From positions 32,801 to 96,800 of the forward strand of contig CBDHEC010000022.1 in assembly GCA_965261975.1 (NCBI GenBank): a stretch of 64,000 nt of DNA, read 5' to 3'. The DNA comes from Alphaproteobacteria bacterium (GTDB taxonomy: Bacteria; Pseudomonadota; Alphaproteobacteria; UBA6615). Positions 40,464-49,981 of the stretch are shown here, piece by piece; positions within the stretch are counted from its first letter, which is position 1, and each line of letters begins with the position of its first letter. Made by a program: the position numbers and the translations under genes. Below the pieces are notes generated by a model, which saw nothing but the letters and a program-made list of their open reading frames with translations, was not told the origin of the DNA and searched no databases.

Positions 40464-41870
40464 ATGGCCGAACAGAAACCCGACTTCTCCGATATTCCAT
40501 CGCTCGACCGGCTCTTGCAGGCGCCCGCGGTGATCGCGCTTGCAGAATCTCATGGCCGCAGCGCGACCGTGGCGGCGTTGCGTGCGGCGCTCGACACGGC
40601 CCGCGCGGCCCTCGCAGCAGGAGACCAGGTCGATCTGGCAGAAGATCTGTTTGCCCAATCGGCCGCCGCACGGCTCGAACGCGAATCGACGCCAGGCTTA
40701 CGCCGGGTCTTCAACCTCACCGGCACGGTCCTGCACACCAACCTGGGGCGCGCGCCTCTGGCCGAGACAGCGATTGCGGCGATGGCCGACGCCGCGCGCG
40801 GCGCCAGCAACCTGGAGTTCGATCTCGAGACAGGCAAGCGCGGCGACCGGGATGTGCATGTCGAGGAGCTACTGTGCGAACTGACAGGCGCGGAAGCCGC
40901 CACCGTGGTGAACAACAATGCGGGCGCGGTGCTGTTGCTGTTGAACGCATTGGCGCTGCGCAAGGAAGTGCCCGTCTCGCGCGGCGAGCTGGTGGAAATT
41001 GGCGGCGCGTTCCGGATTCCCGACATCATGGCGCGGGCCGGTGCCAAGCTCGTTGAGGTCGGCACCACCAACCGGACCCATGCGAAGGATTTCGAAACTG
41101 CCATAAGCGCACGGACCGCGCTGGTCATGAAGGTCCACACCTCCAACTACATCGTGCAAGGCTTCACCGCCGATGTCGCAGAAGACCAGCTGGCGGCGAT
41201 CGCGCATGCCCACGACATCCCGTTCGCCGTCGATCTTGGCGCCGGTGCGCTGGTCGATCTGGAACGCTGGGGCCTGCCCCACGAACCCACCCCGCGCGAG
41301 ACCCTCGCGGCGGGGGCCGACATCATCACCTTCTCCGGCGACAAACTGCTCGGCGGACCACAGGCCGGCCTGATCGTTGGTCGGGCCGACCTGATCGCCA
41401 AACTCAAGCGGAACCCGCTGAAGCGCGCCCTGCGTTGTGACAAGGCGACCCTCGCCGCATTGGCGGCAACGCTCGGCCTTTATCGCGACCCCGACCGGCT
41501 GGACAAGCGCCTGCCCACCTTGCGTCTGCTCGCGCGCAAACCAGCCGACATTCGTGACCTCGCCGAGATGCTTGTGGACCCGGTGCGCACCGCCATCGGG
41601 AACGACTGGTCAGTCTCGGTCGACGATTGTGCCGGCCAGATCGGGTCCGGTGCCCTGCCGGTCGAGAGCCTGGACAGTGCTGCATTGGTGATCCGGCCCG
41701 TCGCGACCCGCGGACAGGGTGCGCGACTCAAGCGGCTGGCGGCCGGCTTACGCTCGTTGCCGGTCCCCGTCATCGGCCGGGTCCATGACGATGCCCTCTG
41801 GCTCGATCTGCGCTGTCTCGACGACGTGGACGGCTTCCGCGCGCAACTCAAAGAACTGCAAACATCATGA
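40464..41870 (+). CDS. selA: L-seryl-tRNA(Sec) selenium transferase
   Basis: [48 protein letters not shown] and PLP site [13 protein letters not shown]. Confidence 0.97.
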   Translation: MAEQKPDFSDIPSLDRLLQAPAVIALAESHGRSATVAALRAALDTARAALAAGDQVDLAEDLFAQSAAARLERESTPGLRRVFNLTGTVLHTNLGRAPLAETAIAAMADAARGASNLEFDLETGKRGDRDVHVEELLCELTGAEAATVVNNNAGAVLLLLNALALRKEVPVSRGELVEIGGAFRIPDIMARAGAKLVEVGTTNRTHAKDFETAISARTALVMKVHTSNYIVQGFTADVAEDQLAAIAHAHDIPFAVDLGAGALVDLERWGLPHEPTPRETLAAGADIITFSGDKLLGGPQAGLIVGRADLIAKLKRNPLKRALRCDKATLAALAATLGLYRDPDRLDKRLPTLRLLARKPADIRDLAEMLVDPVRTAIGNDWSVSVDDCAGQIGSGALPVESLDSAALVIRPVATRGQGARLKRLAAGLRSLPVPVIGRVHDDALWLDLRCLDDVDGFRAQLKELQTS

Positions 41871-43777
41871 TCGTCGCGACCGCAGGACATATCGATCACG
41901 GCAAGACGTTGCTGGTAAAAGCGCTGACCGGCGTCGATGCCGACCGGCTGCCGGAAGAAAAGAAGCGCGGCATGACCCTCGATCTCGGTTTTGCCTATGC
42001 CGACCTCGAGAATGGTGCCCGCCTCGGCTTCATCGACGTTCCGGGCCATGAGCGCCTGGTCCACAACATGCTCGCCGGCGTGACGGGCATCGACTGCGCG
42101 CTGCTGGTGGTCGCCGCCGATGACGGGCCAATGCCCCAGACGCTCGAGCATCTGGCGATCCTGGATATTCTCGGCATCTCACGCGGCATGGTCGCGCTGA
42201 CCAAGATCGACCGCGTCGACCCGGAACGGGTCGCGGAAGTCCTGGCCGAGATCGAACTTCTGATCGGCGAAACGTCACTCGCGGGCGCCCCCATCTATCC
42301 GGTTTCGGCAATCACCGGTGACGGGATCGGCGACCTGCAGCAGCACGTGGCCGATATGGCCGCCGAAACCGAGACCCGTGCGGGCAACGGCCATTTCCGC
42401 CTCGCCGTCGACCGGGTCTTCACCGTCGCCGGCGCGGGTCTCGTGGTCACCGGCACCGCATTCGCCGGCACGGTGGCCAAGGAAGACCGGCTGTGGATCG
42501 CCGGGCATGATACCCAGGTTCGGGTGCGCGGCATTCACGCCAACAACCAGGACAGCGACGCCGGGCAGGCCGGTGACCGGCTCGCCCTCAACCTCGCCGG
42601 GCTCGACAAGGAAGACATCGAGCGTGGCGACTGGCTCGTCGCCGACCCCGCACTCGACCTGTTCCGAAAACTGGATGTCCGGCTGCACGTTGTCGCCGAT
42701 GCGAAGCGGCCCTTGCGCCACTGGACACCCGTGCATGTTCATCTCGGCGCCCGGAATGTGACGGGCCGCGTCGCGCTTTTGGGTGCCGACAGTGCGCCAC
42801 CCGGCGCCTCGGTTCTGGCCCAACTCGTGCTCGATGCACCCGTCGGGGTCTGCGTTCGTGATCGCTTCGTGATTCGCGATCAGTCGGCGCAATTCACGCT
42901 TGGCGGTGGACATGTCGTGGACCTCCATCCCCCGCGCCGGGGCCGCGCCAAGCCGGAACGGCTGGACCTGCTGACCGCACTCGACACGCCCGATCCGGTC
43001 GCCGCATTCGCCGCCGCGCTCGAGCGGTCGCCCACGGGAATTTCAATCGCGGATTTCTCGGCCGCGCGCAATCTGACCATGGAAGAGACGGCCGCGACGC
43101 TGGTCTCCACCAAGGCGGTCGTCACGGGGGATGGCGGCACGGACCTGGCGTTGTCCGCAGAGACCTGGGCAGACCGGCAGGGCGAGCTCCTCACGGCGCT
43201 CGACCAGTTCCACACGCGCTACCCCGACCGGCTCGGGCCCGCGGCGGCCCAGCTCCGCAAAAGCCTGGGACGCTATATCCCCGAACCGCTGTTCGACGCG
43301 ATCACCGCAAGGCTGGTTGCCGACAAGACCTTGTCGAGCGACGGCATGCTGTTACACCGCCCCGATCATCAGCCCGGCCTGACCGGCGATGATGCGAAAC
43401 GCTGGGATGTCATCGAGCCGCTTCTCAACGAAACACCCGAAAGCCCGCCGGTCGTGCATGACCTCGCACAGACGGCCGGGCTCCCGGTCAACGGTGTCGG
43501 CAAGACCCTCCGGCAGGCCGTCCGCATGGGCCTCGCGGTGCAGATTGCAGAGAACAGGTTTTTCACACCGGCAGCGCTACGCGCCCACGCGGAAGTCTTC
43601 GAGGCGATGGTCGCGGCCGACGGGACCGTTGGCGTGTCTCCGTTCCGGCAGAAAGCGGGCATCGGCCGGAATCTCGCCGTCGAAGTGCTGGAATATTTTG
43701 ACCGTGTGGGGCTGTCACGACGCGACGGCAACGCGCGCCATCAGGTGCGTCCGGTGGCCGAAATCTTCGGCGCCTAG
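41867..43777 (+). CDS. selB: Selenocysteine-specific elongation factor
   Basis: [29 protein letters not shown] and C-terminal winged helix [16 protein letters not shown]. Confidence 0.97.
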   Translation: MIVATAGHIDHGKTLLVKALTGVDADRLPEEKKRGMTLDLGFAYADLENGARLGFIDVPGHERLVHNMLAGVTGIDCALLVVAADDGPMPQTLEHLAILDILGISRGMVALTKIDRVDPERVAEVLAEIELLIGETSLAGAPIYPVSAITGDGIGDLQQHVADMAAETETRAGNGHFRLAVDRVFTVAGAGLVVTGTAFAGTVAKEDRLWIAGHDTQVRVRGIHANNQDSDAGQAGDRLALNLAGLDKEDIERGDWLVADPALDLFRKLDVRLHVVADAKRPLRHWTPVHVHLGARNVTGRVALLGADSAPPGASVLAQLVLDAPVGVCVRDRFVIRDQSAQFTLGGGHVVDLHPPRRGRAKPERLDLLTALDTPDPVAAFAAALERSPTGISIADFSAARNLTMEETAATLVSTKAVVTGDGGTDLALSAETWADRQGELLTALDQFHTRYPDRLGPAAAQLRKSLGRYIPEPLFDAITARLVADKTLSSDGMLLHRPDHQPGLTGDDAKRWDVIEPLLNETPESPPVVHDLAQTAGLPVNGVGKTLRQAVRMGLAVQIAENRFFTPAALRAHAEVFEAMVAADGTVGVSPFRQKAGIGRNLAVEVLEYFDRVGLSRRDGNARHQVRPVAEIFGA

Positions 43778-43805
43778 CTCGCTTCCCCAAACACGCGGCG
43801 CATTC

Positions 43806-44417
43806 CTAGGGCCGCACGAAGGCGTAGCTGACGACCTGGCTGACATTGTCGGTGTTGCGCACTGTCGCGATTGCCTTGTCGAGCTCTTCCTGCGAACGGG
43901 CACGCCCCATCAGGTAGATCGTGCCGAACGAGTCCGCGGCTGTGCGAAAATTCACATCCGCGACACCGCGGGTCGCAACCATTTCCACGCCGACCTTGGT
44001 CTCGAGCACCAGGACATCATCCCAGCCGAGGAGTTCGTCAGCGCGACGTTCGCGCTCGGCTTCGGTCAGAACCTGGGCATGCCAGAATAATTCTTTCACC
44101 CCATCGACCTGCTTCACCTGGGCGAGAAAATCATCATGGGTTTTCTGGTCGGAAAAGACACCGGTGATCAGGAGTTTCTGTTCATAGATCTCCGTCGAGG
44201 CCTTGATCGTGCCGATGTCGGCCATGATCCGATTGACGTCAATCACGATCCGGTTGTCCTTGGCGATGTCGGCCGTGCTGCGCGCCTCGATCGCGCGATC
44301 GATCAGTGTTTTCGGGGCCTTCAGAATGTCGCCGAGCTGCGCACCGGCAGGCTCCAATGGCAGGGCCATGAAGGGAGCTGCAAGAAGTGCCGCAGCAGTG
44401 GCTTTTTGAAACCGCAT
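43806..44417 (-). CDS. BON domain-containing exported protein
   Basis: Signal peptide; two BON-like repeats (LLITGV...VDGVKEL; IYLMGRARSQEE...NVSQVVS); start uncertain. Confidence 0.75.
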   Translation of the reverse strand: MRFQKATAAALLAAPFMALPLEPAGAQLGDILKAPKTLIDRAIEARSTADIAKDNRIVIDVNRIMADIGTIKASTEIYEQKLLITGVFSDQKTHDDFLAQVKQVDGVKELFWHAQVLTEAERERRADELLGWDDVLVLETKVGVEMVATRGVADVNFRTAADSFGTIYLMGRARSQEELDKAIATVRNTDNVSQVVSYAFVRP

Positions 44418-44664
44418 GAGCATTACCTTGGATCGTGTCCCCAATCTGCCCATCATCGTTTCTCTCCTCGAATTCTGCGTTTCGGCTTAAGCACGGGATC
44501 AAACCAACTACACCCGCATATCCCCTTGCCGTAGCGCGTGCCCCGAGAACACGTCAACGTTCGCACGCGCGCATCGAAACTTGCGGCAAGATCCTAGCCG
44601 GGCCGGATCTCGAGAAACTTCCGGCTGAACTCAAGGCGGCATGTGCAACCTTGATTGCAGGAAG

Positions 44665-45465
44665 TTAGGAAGGCTCCGCCTTCCAGTCGAAAAGGTGCCG
44701 GTATTCCCCGGGAACCCGCGCGAGCTCGGCAGCATTCATCACAAGCGGCGGCTGGGACAAGAAGTTCACCGTGTCGCGAAACCATGACCGTTGATAGGTG
44801 TTGTAGAGCACCGGGCGCGGGGCGGCGGACCGGTTGGGGGTGCCCCCGTGCCAGACCCGCGCATCGAACAACAGGGCAGAGCCGACCGGGACGTCCGGCG
44901 CGACGGGCGAAATATCCGGTACGTCGTCCGCGATGGTCTTGTGGCTACCCGGGAAAAATGCCGTCGTGCCGTTCGTCGCGTTCATATCGACCAGGGGGAT
45001 CACCAGCGTCAGGCTGTAAATCGGCAATTCCGGGCTCACATGCTCGGCTTCGAACAACACAGGCATGTCGAGATGCGGTTCCTGATCGAGCGATCCCGGC
45101 AGCGAGGTGACCGAGACAAAGCTACCGAGAATCACATCCCCGCCGAGCAGCTTCCGAATCATCGGGAAGGCGGTTGGATTCGCGTATGTCGCGGGATCGT
45201 TGAAGCAGCCGTCGACGGCGATCGAGATCATCGTTCGCTTGTCTCCGACTGCGAGAGCGTCGGCAAACTCCCGATCCTGATGATACGCCTCATATTGTGC
45301 GCTGTAGGCGGTATGAAGCTCGGTCACCAGCTCGGGCGGCAACACATCATCGAAAATCATCACGCCAGCGTCCGCAAACCGACGGGCGATCTCGTCGTGC
45401 AACATCTCGGGGATGATGCCCCCGCCCGGCGCCTTGACCCGGGGTATCTCGGCCGGTTCGCTCAA
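44665..45465 (-). CDS. Phytanoyl-CoA dioxygenase family (Fe/2OG) protein
   Basis: QEPHLD, IPLVD...NGTT and FDARVWHGGTPNRS. Confidence 0.82.
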   Translation of the reverse strand: MSEPAEIPRVKAPGGGIIPEMLHDEIARRFADAGVMIFDDVLPPELVTELHTAYSAQYEAYHQDREFADALAVGDKRTMISIAVDGCFNDPATYANPTAFPMIRKLLGGDVILGSFVSVTSLPGSLDQEPHLDMPVLFEAEHVSPELPIYSLTLVIPLVDMNATNGTTAFFPGSHKTIADDVPDISPVAPDVPVGSALLFDARVWHGGTPNRSAAPRPVLYNTYQRSWFRDTVNFLSQPPLVMNAAELARVPGEYRHLFDWKAEPS

Positions 45466-45560
45466 TATCTCCGTCCCCTGGTCAATATTTGCTCCACGCT
45501 TGCACCGGCAACCCTAACATCAGACACTCTGTGTACTCACCAACCGATCGGCTCCGCGCG

Positions 45561-46442
45561 ATGCAACCTCTGAATATTGGCGCATTCTCCATCAAATCCG
45601 TCCACGAAGACACCGGCGCCTATATCACGCCGGCCGACATGTTCCCCACCGCGACGGCAGACGCTGTGGCGCCCCATCTGGATTGGATGACACCGACCTA
45701 TTTCGACATCGCCAGCGGCAAGCTCAAGCTCGCTTTCCAGAGCTTCATTTTGCAAACGCCACACCACAACATCCTGATCGACACTTGCGTCGGCGAAGAC
45801 AAGGAACGGGCGAATCCCGAATTCCACATGAAGAAGTGGCCGTGGATGGACAATCTGAAAGCCCTCGGCCTGACCCCGGCGGATATCGATATCGTCATGT
45901 GCACCCACCTGCACCCCGATCACGTTGGCTGGAATACCCAGCTGCGCGACGGCCGTTGGGTGCCGACCTTCCCCAACGCAAAATATGTCTTCGCGCGCGA
46001 CGAGTATTCCCATTGGGAAAAGGAAAGCGCCCAGGGCTCGGAACGGATCGGCCTGACATTCATCGACAGCGTTTTGCCGGTCATGGAGGCCGGACAGGCC
46101 GTCCTGGTGGATCATGACCACCAGATCGAGGACGGCATCTGGCTCGAGCCCACGCCCGGACATTCCCCGGGCCATGTGATTGTGAACGTCGAATCGAACG
46201 GCGAACGGGGCGCCTTCATTGGCGACCTGATGCACCATCCCATCCAGGTTCCCCATCCCCAGTGGAGCACATGCTTCTGCTGGGACCTGGAGATGTCGGC
46301 GCGAAGCCGTACGGCATTCGTGGACACCCACACGGATTCGGGAACCCTTGTGCTTCCGGTACATTTCGCCGGCGCGACCGCCGGCCACATCGCACGTGCC
46401 GGTGACAGCCAGACATTCAAGTTTCTCGACGACCCCAGCTGA
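45561..46442 (+). CDS. MBL-fold metallo-hydrolase
   Basis: THLHPDHVGWN, TPGHSPGH and GDLMHHP. Confidence 0.88.
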   Translation: MQPLNIGAFSIKSVHEDTGAYITPADMFPTATADAVAPHLDWMTPTYFDIASGKLKLAFQSFILQTPHHNILIDTCVGEDKERANPEFHMKKWPWMDNLKALGLTPADIDIVMCTHLHPDHVGWNTQLRDGRWVPTFPNAKYVFARDEYSHWEKESAQGSERIGLTFIDSVLPVMEAGQAVLVDHDHQIEDGIWLEPTPGHSPGHVIVNVESNGERGAFIGDLMHHPIQVPHPQWSTCFCWDLEMSARSRTAFVDTHTDSGTLVLPVHFAGATAGHIARAGDSQTFKFLDDPS

Positions 46443-46453
46443 ACGGGAAGAAA

Positions 46454-47251
46454 ATGAGCATTTCGATCATACAGACCATGGACGTGGCCCCCGAACGCAT
46501 GGAAGAGCGCGACGGCTGGGCAATCTCGGAATTCCGCCTGCCGGTCACCGGCGACACGGGCAGCGCCACCACGGTGTTCCACTCGATCTTCCGGCCGGGC
46601 TCCACCCACGCCAAGCACCTCCACGGGGTCAGCGATGAAATCGCGGTCTACATCTCGGGCTACGGGGTCGTGGGCCAGAGCGAAAGCCGCGCGGTCGTCA
46701 CGGCCGGCCATTGCCGACTTATGCCCCGAGGCTCGGAGCATTTCTTCTACAACGAGACCCCCGACGAGGATGCGAAAGTCGTCGGCTTCTACATGAACGC
46801 CCCGAGCGTCGAAGGCACCGGCTACCGGTTCTGTGGCACCGTCGGCGAGGACGACATCTCACGCGCGCGCGACGGCCTCAACGAGGGCATCCTGGTCCGC
46901 CTGGAAGAAACATCAGCACCCGGTGACGGCATTCCCGACGCGTGGCGGGACGCCGAGGTGAAAGCACCCATCGGCAGCCACAACGGCAGCGACAATGCAC
47001 TGGTCCACGCATCACTGGCGCCGGGTGCGGCCATCGAAGAGCACGCGCTCGCCAATGCCGAGGCGATCTATTATGTGGTGTCCGGGCAAGGCCATGCGAC
47101 GGGTGATGGCGACGGGGGCGAACTTCGCGAAGACAGCTTCGTGTTCGTACCGCGCGGCGAACGCCACGGCATTCGCAACACCGGCGACGCGCCCCTCGAA
47201 CTCTATATTGTGCTGACCGGTGCCGGCAGCCTGGCTGCCGCGGCCGGGTAA
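46454..47251 (+). CDS. Bicupin protein
   Basis: Two cupin units (HAKHLH...E...H; EEHAL...E...VPRGERHGIRNTG). Confidence 0.8.
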   Translation: MSISIIQTMDVAPERMEERDGWAISEFRLPVTGDTGSATTVFHSIFRPGSTHAKHLHGVSDEIAVYISGYGVVGQSESRAVVTAGHCRLMPRGSEHFFYNETPDEDAKVVGFYMNAPSVEGTGYRFCGTVGEDDISRARDGLNEGILVRLEETSAPGDGIPDAWRDAEVKAPIGSHNGSDNALVHASLAPGAAIEEHALANAEAIYYVVSGQGHATGDGDGGELREDSFVFVPRGERHGIRNTGDAPLELYIVLTGAGSLAAAAG

Positions 47252-47255
47252 TGAC

Positions 47256-47606
47256 CTAGGCCGTGTTGCGGGTCATCCCCGTGACACCACCGATAAACAG
47301 TGCGACGGCATAGCCGAAAGGCAGGATCATGACCGTCGACAGGAGCGGTTTCCAGACCAGCACGAAGGGCTCGGGCCCGCCGCGAATTTCAAATGCAATC
47401 ACCGTGATCACGGCCGAGACAATCGCGCCGATATAGGCCTCGCGGTGGAGGTCGTCATAGGCCGCCATCCGACCCGACTGATGCGAGTTGTCTGCCTTGG
47501 GAAGCACCGAGCGCAAAGCCAGTGTTGCGACCGTCATCACCACGAACGGCAAGATGAAAAGGATCTGATATTCCGGAGTGGCTAAAAACTTGAAGACGAT
47601 TTCCAT
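47256..47606 (-). CDS. Small hypothetical membrane protein
   Basis: Three hydrophobic segments; GGGGAG RBS. Confidence 0.55.
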   Translation of the reverse strand: MEIVFKFLATPEYQILFILPFVVMTVATLALRSVLPKADNSHQSGRMAAYDDLHREAYIGAIVSAVITVIAFEIRGGPEPFVLVWKPLLSTVMILPFGYAVALFIGGVTGMTRNTA

Positions 47607-47789
47607 AATGGCTCCCCTGCCCAAACCTGGTCGCGTTGCTACGATCCGCTTGTATATGATTTACAATGCTAAAGGCCCGGGTGACAAGGCCAAGCACGAT
47701 CTCAGGATTGCGGCGCATCGCGATATTGTGCACGATAATTCCGTGATGGGTGCCGGATCCGGCGCATTTTTCTAACGTGAGGACGCAAA

Positions 47790-48260
47790 ATGTCAGAGAA
47801 GCTCGGCATCGGTTCGGCCTTCCCCAACCTGACGATTGATCTCGTCGGCGGCGGAACGCTCAGCCTGCCCGATGACCTCGATGCAAAATATCGGGTCATC
47901 CTGTTCTATCGCGGCCACTGGTGACCCTATTGTCGCCGTCAGTTGGTCGGCTTTGCAGAATTGAAAGACGAATTTGACAAGCTGGGCGTGAAAGTCGTCG
48001 CGGCGAGTGTCGATGATGTCGAAAAGGCCCAGGAAGTCGCCGATGAGGTGAATTTCCCGGTGGGCCATGGCGTGTCCCGGGACATCGCCGACGCGCTCGG
48101 TTCCTGGTGGGAAGACCGGCGTCAGATTATTCAACCTTCCGAATTCATCGTCGGCGCCGACGGCAATGTCGTCGCGTGCAGCTACAGTGACGGCCCGCTG
48201 GGCCGGATCGATGCTGGCGATGTGGTGAAGATGGTGAACTTCTACGAATCCCGCAAATAA
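47790..48260 (+). CDS. Peroxiredoxin-like (AhpC/TSA) selenoprotein (UxxC, Sec45), 156 aa via UGA recoding
   Basis: ATG 47790 after GAGG: MSEKLGIGSAFPNLTIDLVGGGTLSLPDDLDAKYRVILFYRGHW-TGA(47922-47924)-PYCRRQL, in frame with ORF 47943-48260. FYRGxW[C/U]PYC is the family motif. Confidence 0.9.
47925..47958 (+). promoter_or_regulatory. Putative SECIS element of the Prx-like gene
   Basis: GCCGTCAGTTGGTCGGC hairpin with GGTC at +21; stem is weak. Confidence 0.5.
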
Positions 48261-48293
48261 CCTGTCACGCCGCACCGGCGTTGCAATCTGATC

Positions 48294-48330
48294 GCGCCGC
48301 ACCGGACCCTCCGGTGCGGCGCTTTTCGTT
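48294..48330 (+). terminator. Intrinsic terminator after the Prx-like gene
   Basis: GCGCCGCACCGGA-CCC-TCCGGTGCGGCGC followed by TTTTCGTT. Confidence 0.85.
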
Positions 48331-48399
48331 TCGGCAACATTTACGCACGCCCGAATGCGGCGCTAAACTCGTCCCTGAATACCGGGAGGAGACACAAAA

Positions 48400-48792
48400 A
48401 TGATCGCTTACGACCTGAACGTCGAACAGGAATGGAACCCCCAGCGCCATGTCGAGAAAATCCTCGACTCGGTTGAAGACGGGGATGTGACGGTGGCCTG
48501 CTGGGAACCGGGACAGGTGAGCCCGAACCATTGCCACCCGAATGCCACGGAGATTTATTTCTGTTTCGAGGGCGGCGGCGTCATGCGTACCCCCGACCAG
48601 ACCATCGACGTGAAACCTGGTGCCTTCATCGTCCACCCTCCTGGCGAGCTGCACGAATATGAGAACGGCCCGCAGCGCTCGCTGCTGTTCCGCGTACGCT
48701 ACGGCGGTGATTTCTCCACCCGCATCAAGGACTGGCCGTCACAGCCCGGTTACGAGCGCAGCGACGACGACCGCGCCTATTATCCGGACTAG
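48400..48792 (+). CDS. Cupin domain protein
   Basis: WEPGQVSPNHCHPNATEIYF...HPPGELHEYENG; GGAGGA RBS. Confidence 0.85.
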   Translation: MIAYDLNVEQEWNPQRHVEKILDSVEDGDVTVACWEPGQVSPNHCHPNATEIYFCFEGGGVMRTPDQTIDVKPGAFIVHPPGELHEYENGPQRSLLFRVRYGGDFSTRIKDWPSQPGYERSDDDRAYYPD

Positions 48793-48821
48793 AACGACAA
48801 CAATCATACGGGAGCAAAGAC

Positions 48822-49730
48822 ATGCGCCGAGATACAAACTTAGCCACCAAATCGGCGCGAAAGCTTCTCGCCGGTGCCGCCCTCGCCACGCTGTTGCTTG
48901 GCTCACCCGCCGCTCTGGCCGCCGACGACGGTATCGACGCGGATGATGTGGTCAGCGCGCTGGCACGTGAGGGATATCCCGTCGACCTGGATGAAGATCT
49001 GTTTGGGGAACCGATCATCGAAAGCGCCATGGGCGACACCCTGTTCGATGTCTTTTTCTTCGACTGCGACGGGGATGTCTGCGAGACGATGACCTTCAGC
49101 GTCGCGTACGAAACCGACCGCATTTCGATGCAGGAAATGAATGACTGGAACATCAACAACCTCCATGGCCAGGCCTATCTGGACGACGAGGGTGACCCCA
49201 ACCTCGATTTCACGATCTTCGCCGGTGGCGGCCTGACCGACGCCAACCTTCGTGCAATCGTTCGCCAATGGACCGTATCCGTTGACGAATTCGAGGACTA
49301 TATCGACTGGAACAGGAACAGCAGCGATGGCGCGGCAAGGCGCGAAGGGGCCGCCGTCGCTGGCGGCGGATCTACGATCGAGGTCTGCAACGAGAGCGGC
49401 GACGGAGTCTCGGTGGCCTACGCCACCGCTTCGGGCGGCACCAACAGCGCCGGTGAGACGCTGTTCCGGTCGGAGGGCTGGCTGAACATCGACGACGGCG
49501 AGTGCACGGACGTCTGGGAGAGCCCGTTCGAAAACCGCTACTACTACATCTATGCCGAAGCGGATGACGGTGCCTATGAGGGCGACTACTTCTTCTGCAC
49601 CCTCGAGGATGCCTTCGAGATCGTCGATACACAGTGCAGCGCCGATTATGAACGCAACAGCTTCCTGCAGATCGACATGTCGATCGGTGACCGCATACAG
49701 ATCGGACATATCGTCAGCCTGGATCCCTGA
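48822..49730 (+). CDS. Exported protein, YbjN-like domain plus DUF1036-like domain
   Basis: Signal peptide; FFDC...MNDWN...AYLDDEGDP (YbjN-like), then VCNES...SEGWLNIDDGEC...RYYYIYAE...FC...F...C (DUF1036-like). Confidence 0.65.
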   Translation: MRRDTNLATKSARKLLAGAALATLLLGSPAALAADDGIDADDVVSALAREGYPVDLDEDLFGEPIIESAMGDTLFDVFFFDCDGDVCETMTFSVAYETDRISMQEMNDWNINNLHGQAYLDDEGDPNLDFTIFAGGGLTDANLRAIVRQWTVSVDEFEDYIDWNRNSSDGAARREGAAVAGGGSTIEVCNESGDGVSVAYATASGGTNSAGETLFRSEGWLNIDDGECTDVWESPFENRYYYIYAEADDGAYEGDYFFCTLEDAFEIVDTQCSADYERNSFLQIDMSIGDRIQIGHIVSLDP

Positions 49731-49787
49731 TCGCGAATTTGAGACCTGCATTCACGGGTCTTCGTACCGGACAGGGCACCGGATCGC

Positions 49788-49816
49788 TTGCCCCGTCGTA
49801 CCAACTCGCCGACAAT
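49788..49816 (+). promoter_or_regulatory. Sigma70-like promoter of selC
   Basis: TTGCCC-N17-GACAAT ending 6 nt before the tRNA 5' end. Confidence 0.55.
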
Positions 49817-49822
49817 AAAGGT

Positions 49823-49918
49823 GGAGGAGGACCGTTCCCCGGTGGGGCGCCCGGTCTTCAAAACCGGTGAGGGGCGTTAGACGTGCCTGGTGGGTTCGAC
49901 TCCCACCCTCTTCCGCCA
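49823..49918 (+). tRNA. selC: tRNA-Sec (anticodon UCA)
   Basis: 96 nt; 8-bp acceptor GGAGGAGG/CCTCTTCC plus GCCA; anticodon loop CTTCAAA (TCA 49858-49860); long variable arm; GTGGG-TTCGACT-CCCAC T arm. Confidence 0.96.
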
Positions 49919-49981
49919 ATTCACGACACCCATGCGTGATCCGGGGGTGAGTCTCACCCGCTTGCTGTTTATGCTCCCGCC

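Noticed and set aside
47630-47682. SAM-II/SAM-V-like look (TCGCG...CCGCTTGTA...ACAATGCTAAAGG)
   Set aside because: No P1 complement and no GATTT loop motif were found, and the downstream gene is not in methionine metabolism. An Infernal search would settle it.
49823-49981. selC as an integration site for a genomic island
   Set aside because: No integrase and no duplicated tRNA 3' end seen; selD follows directly.
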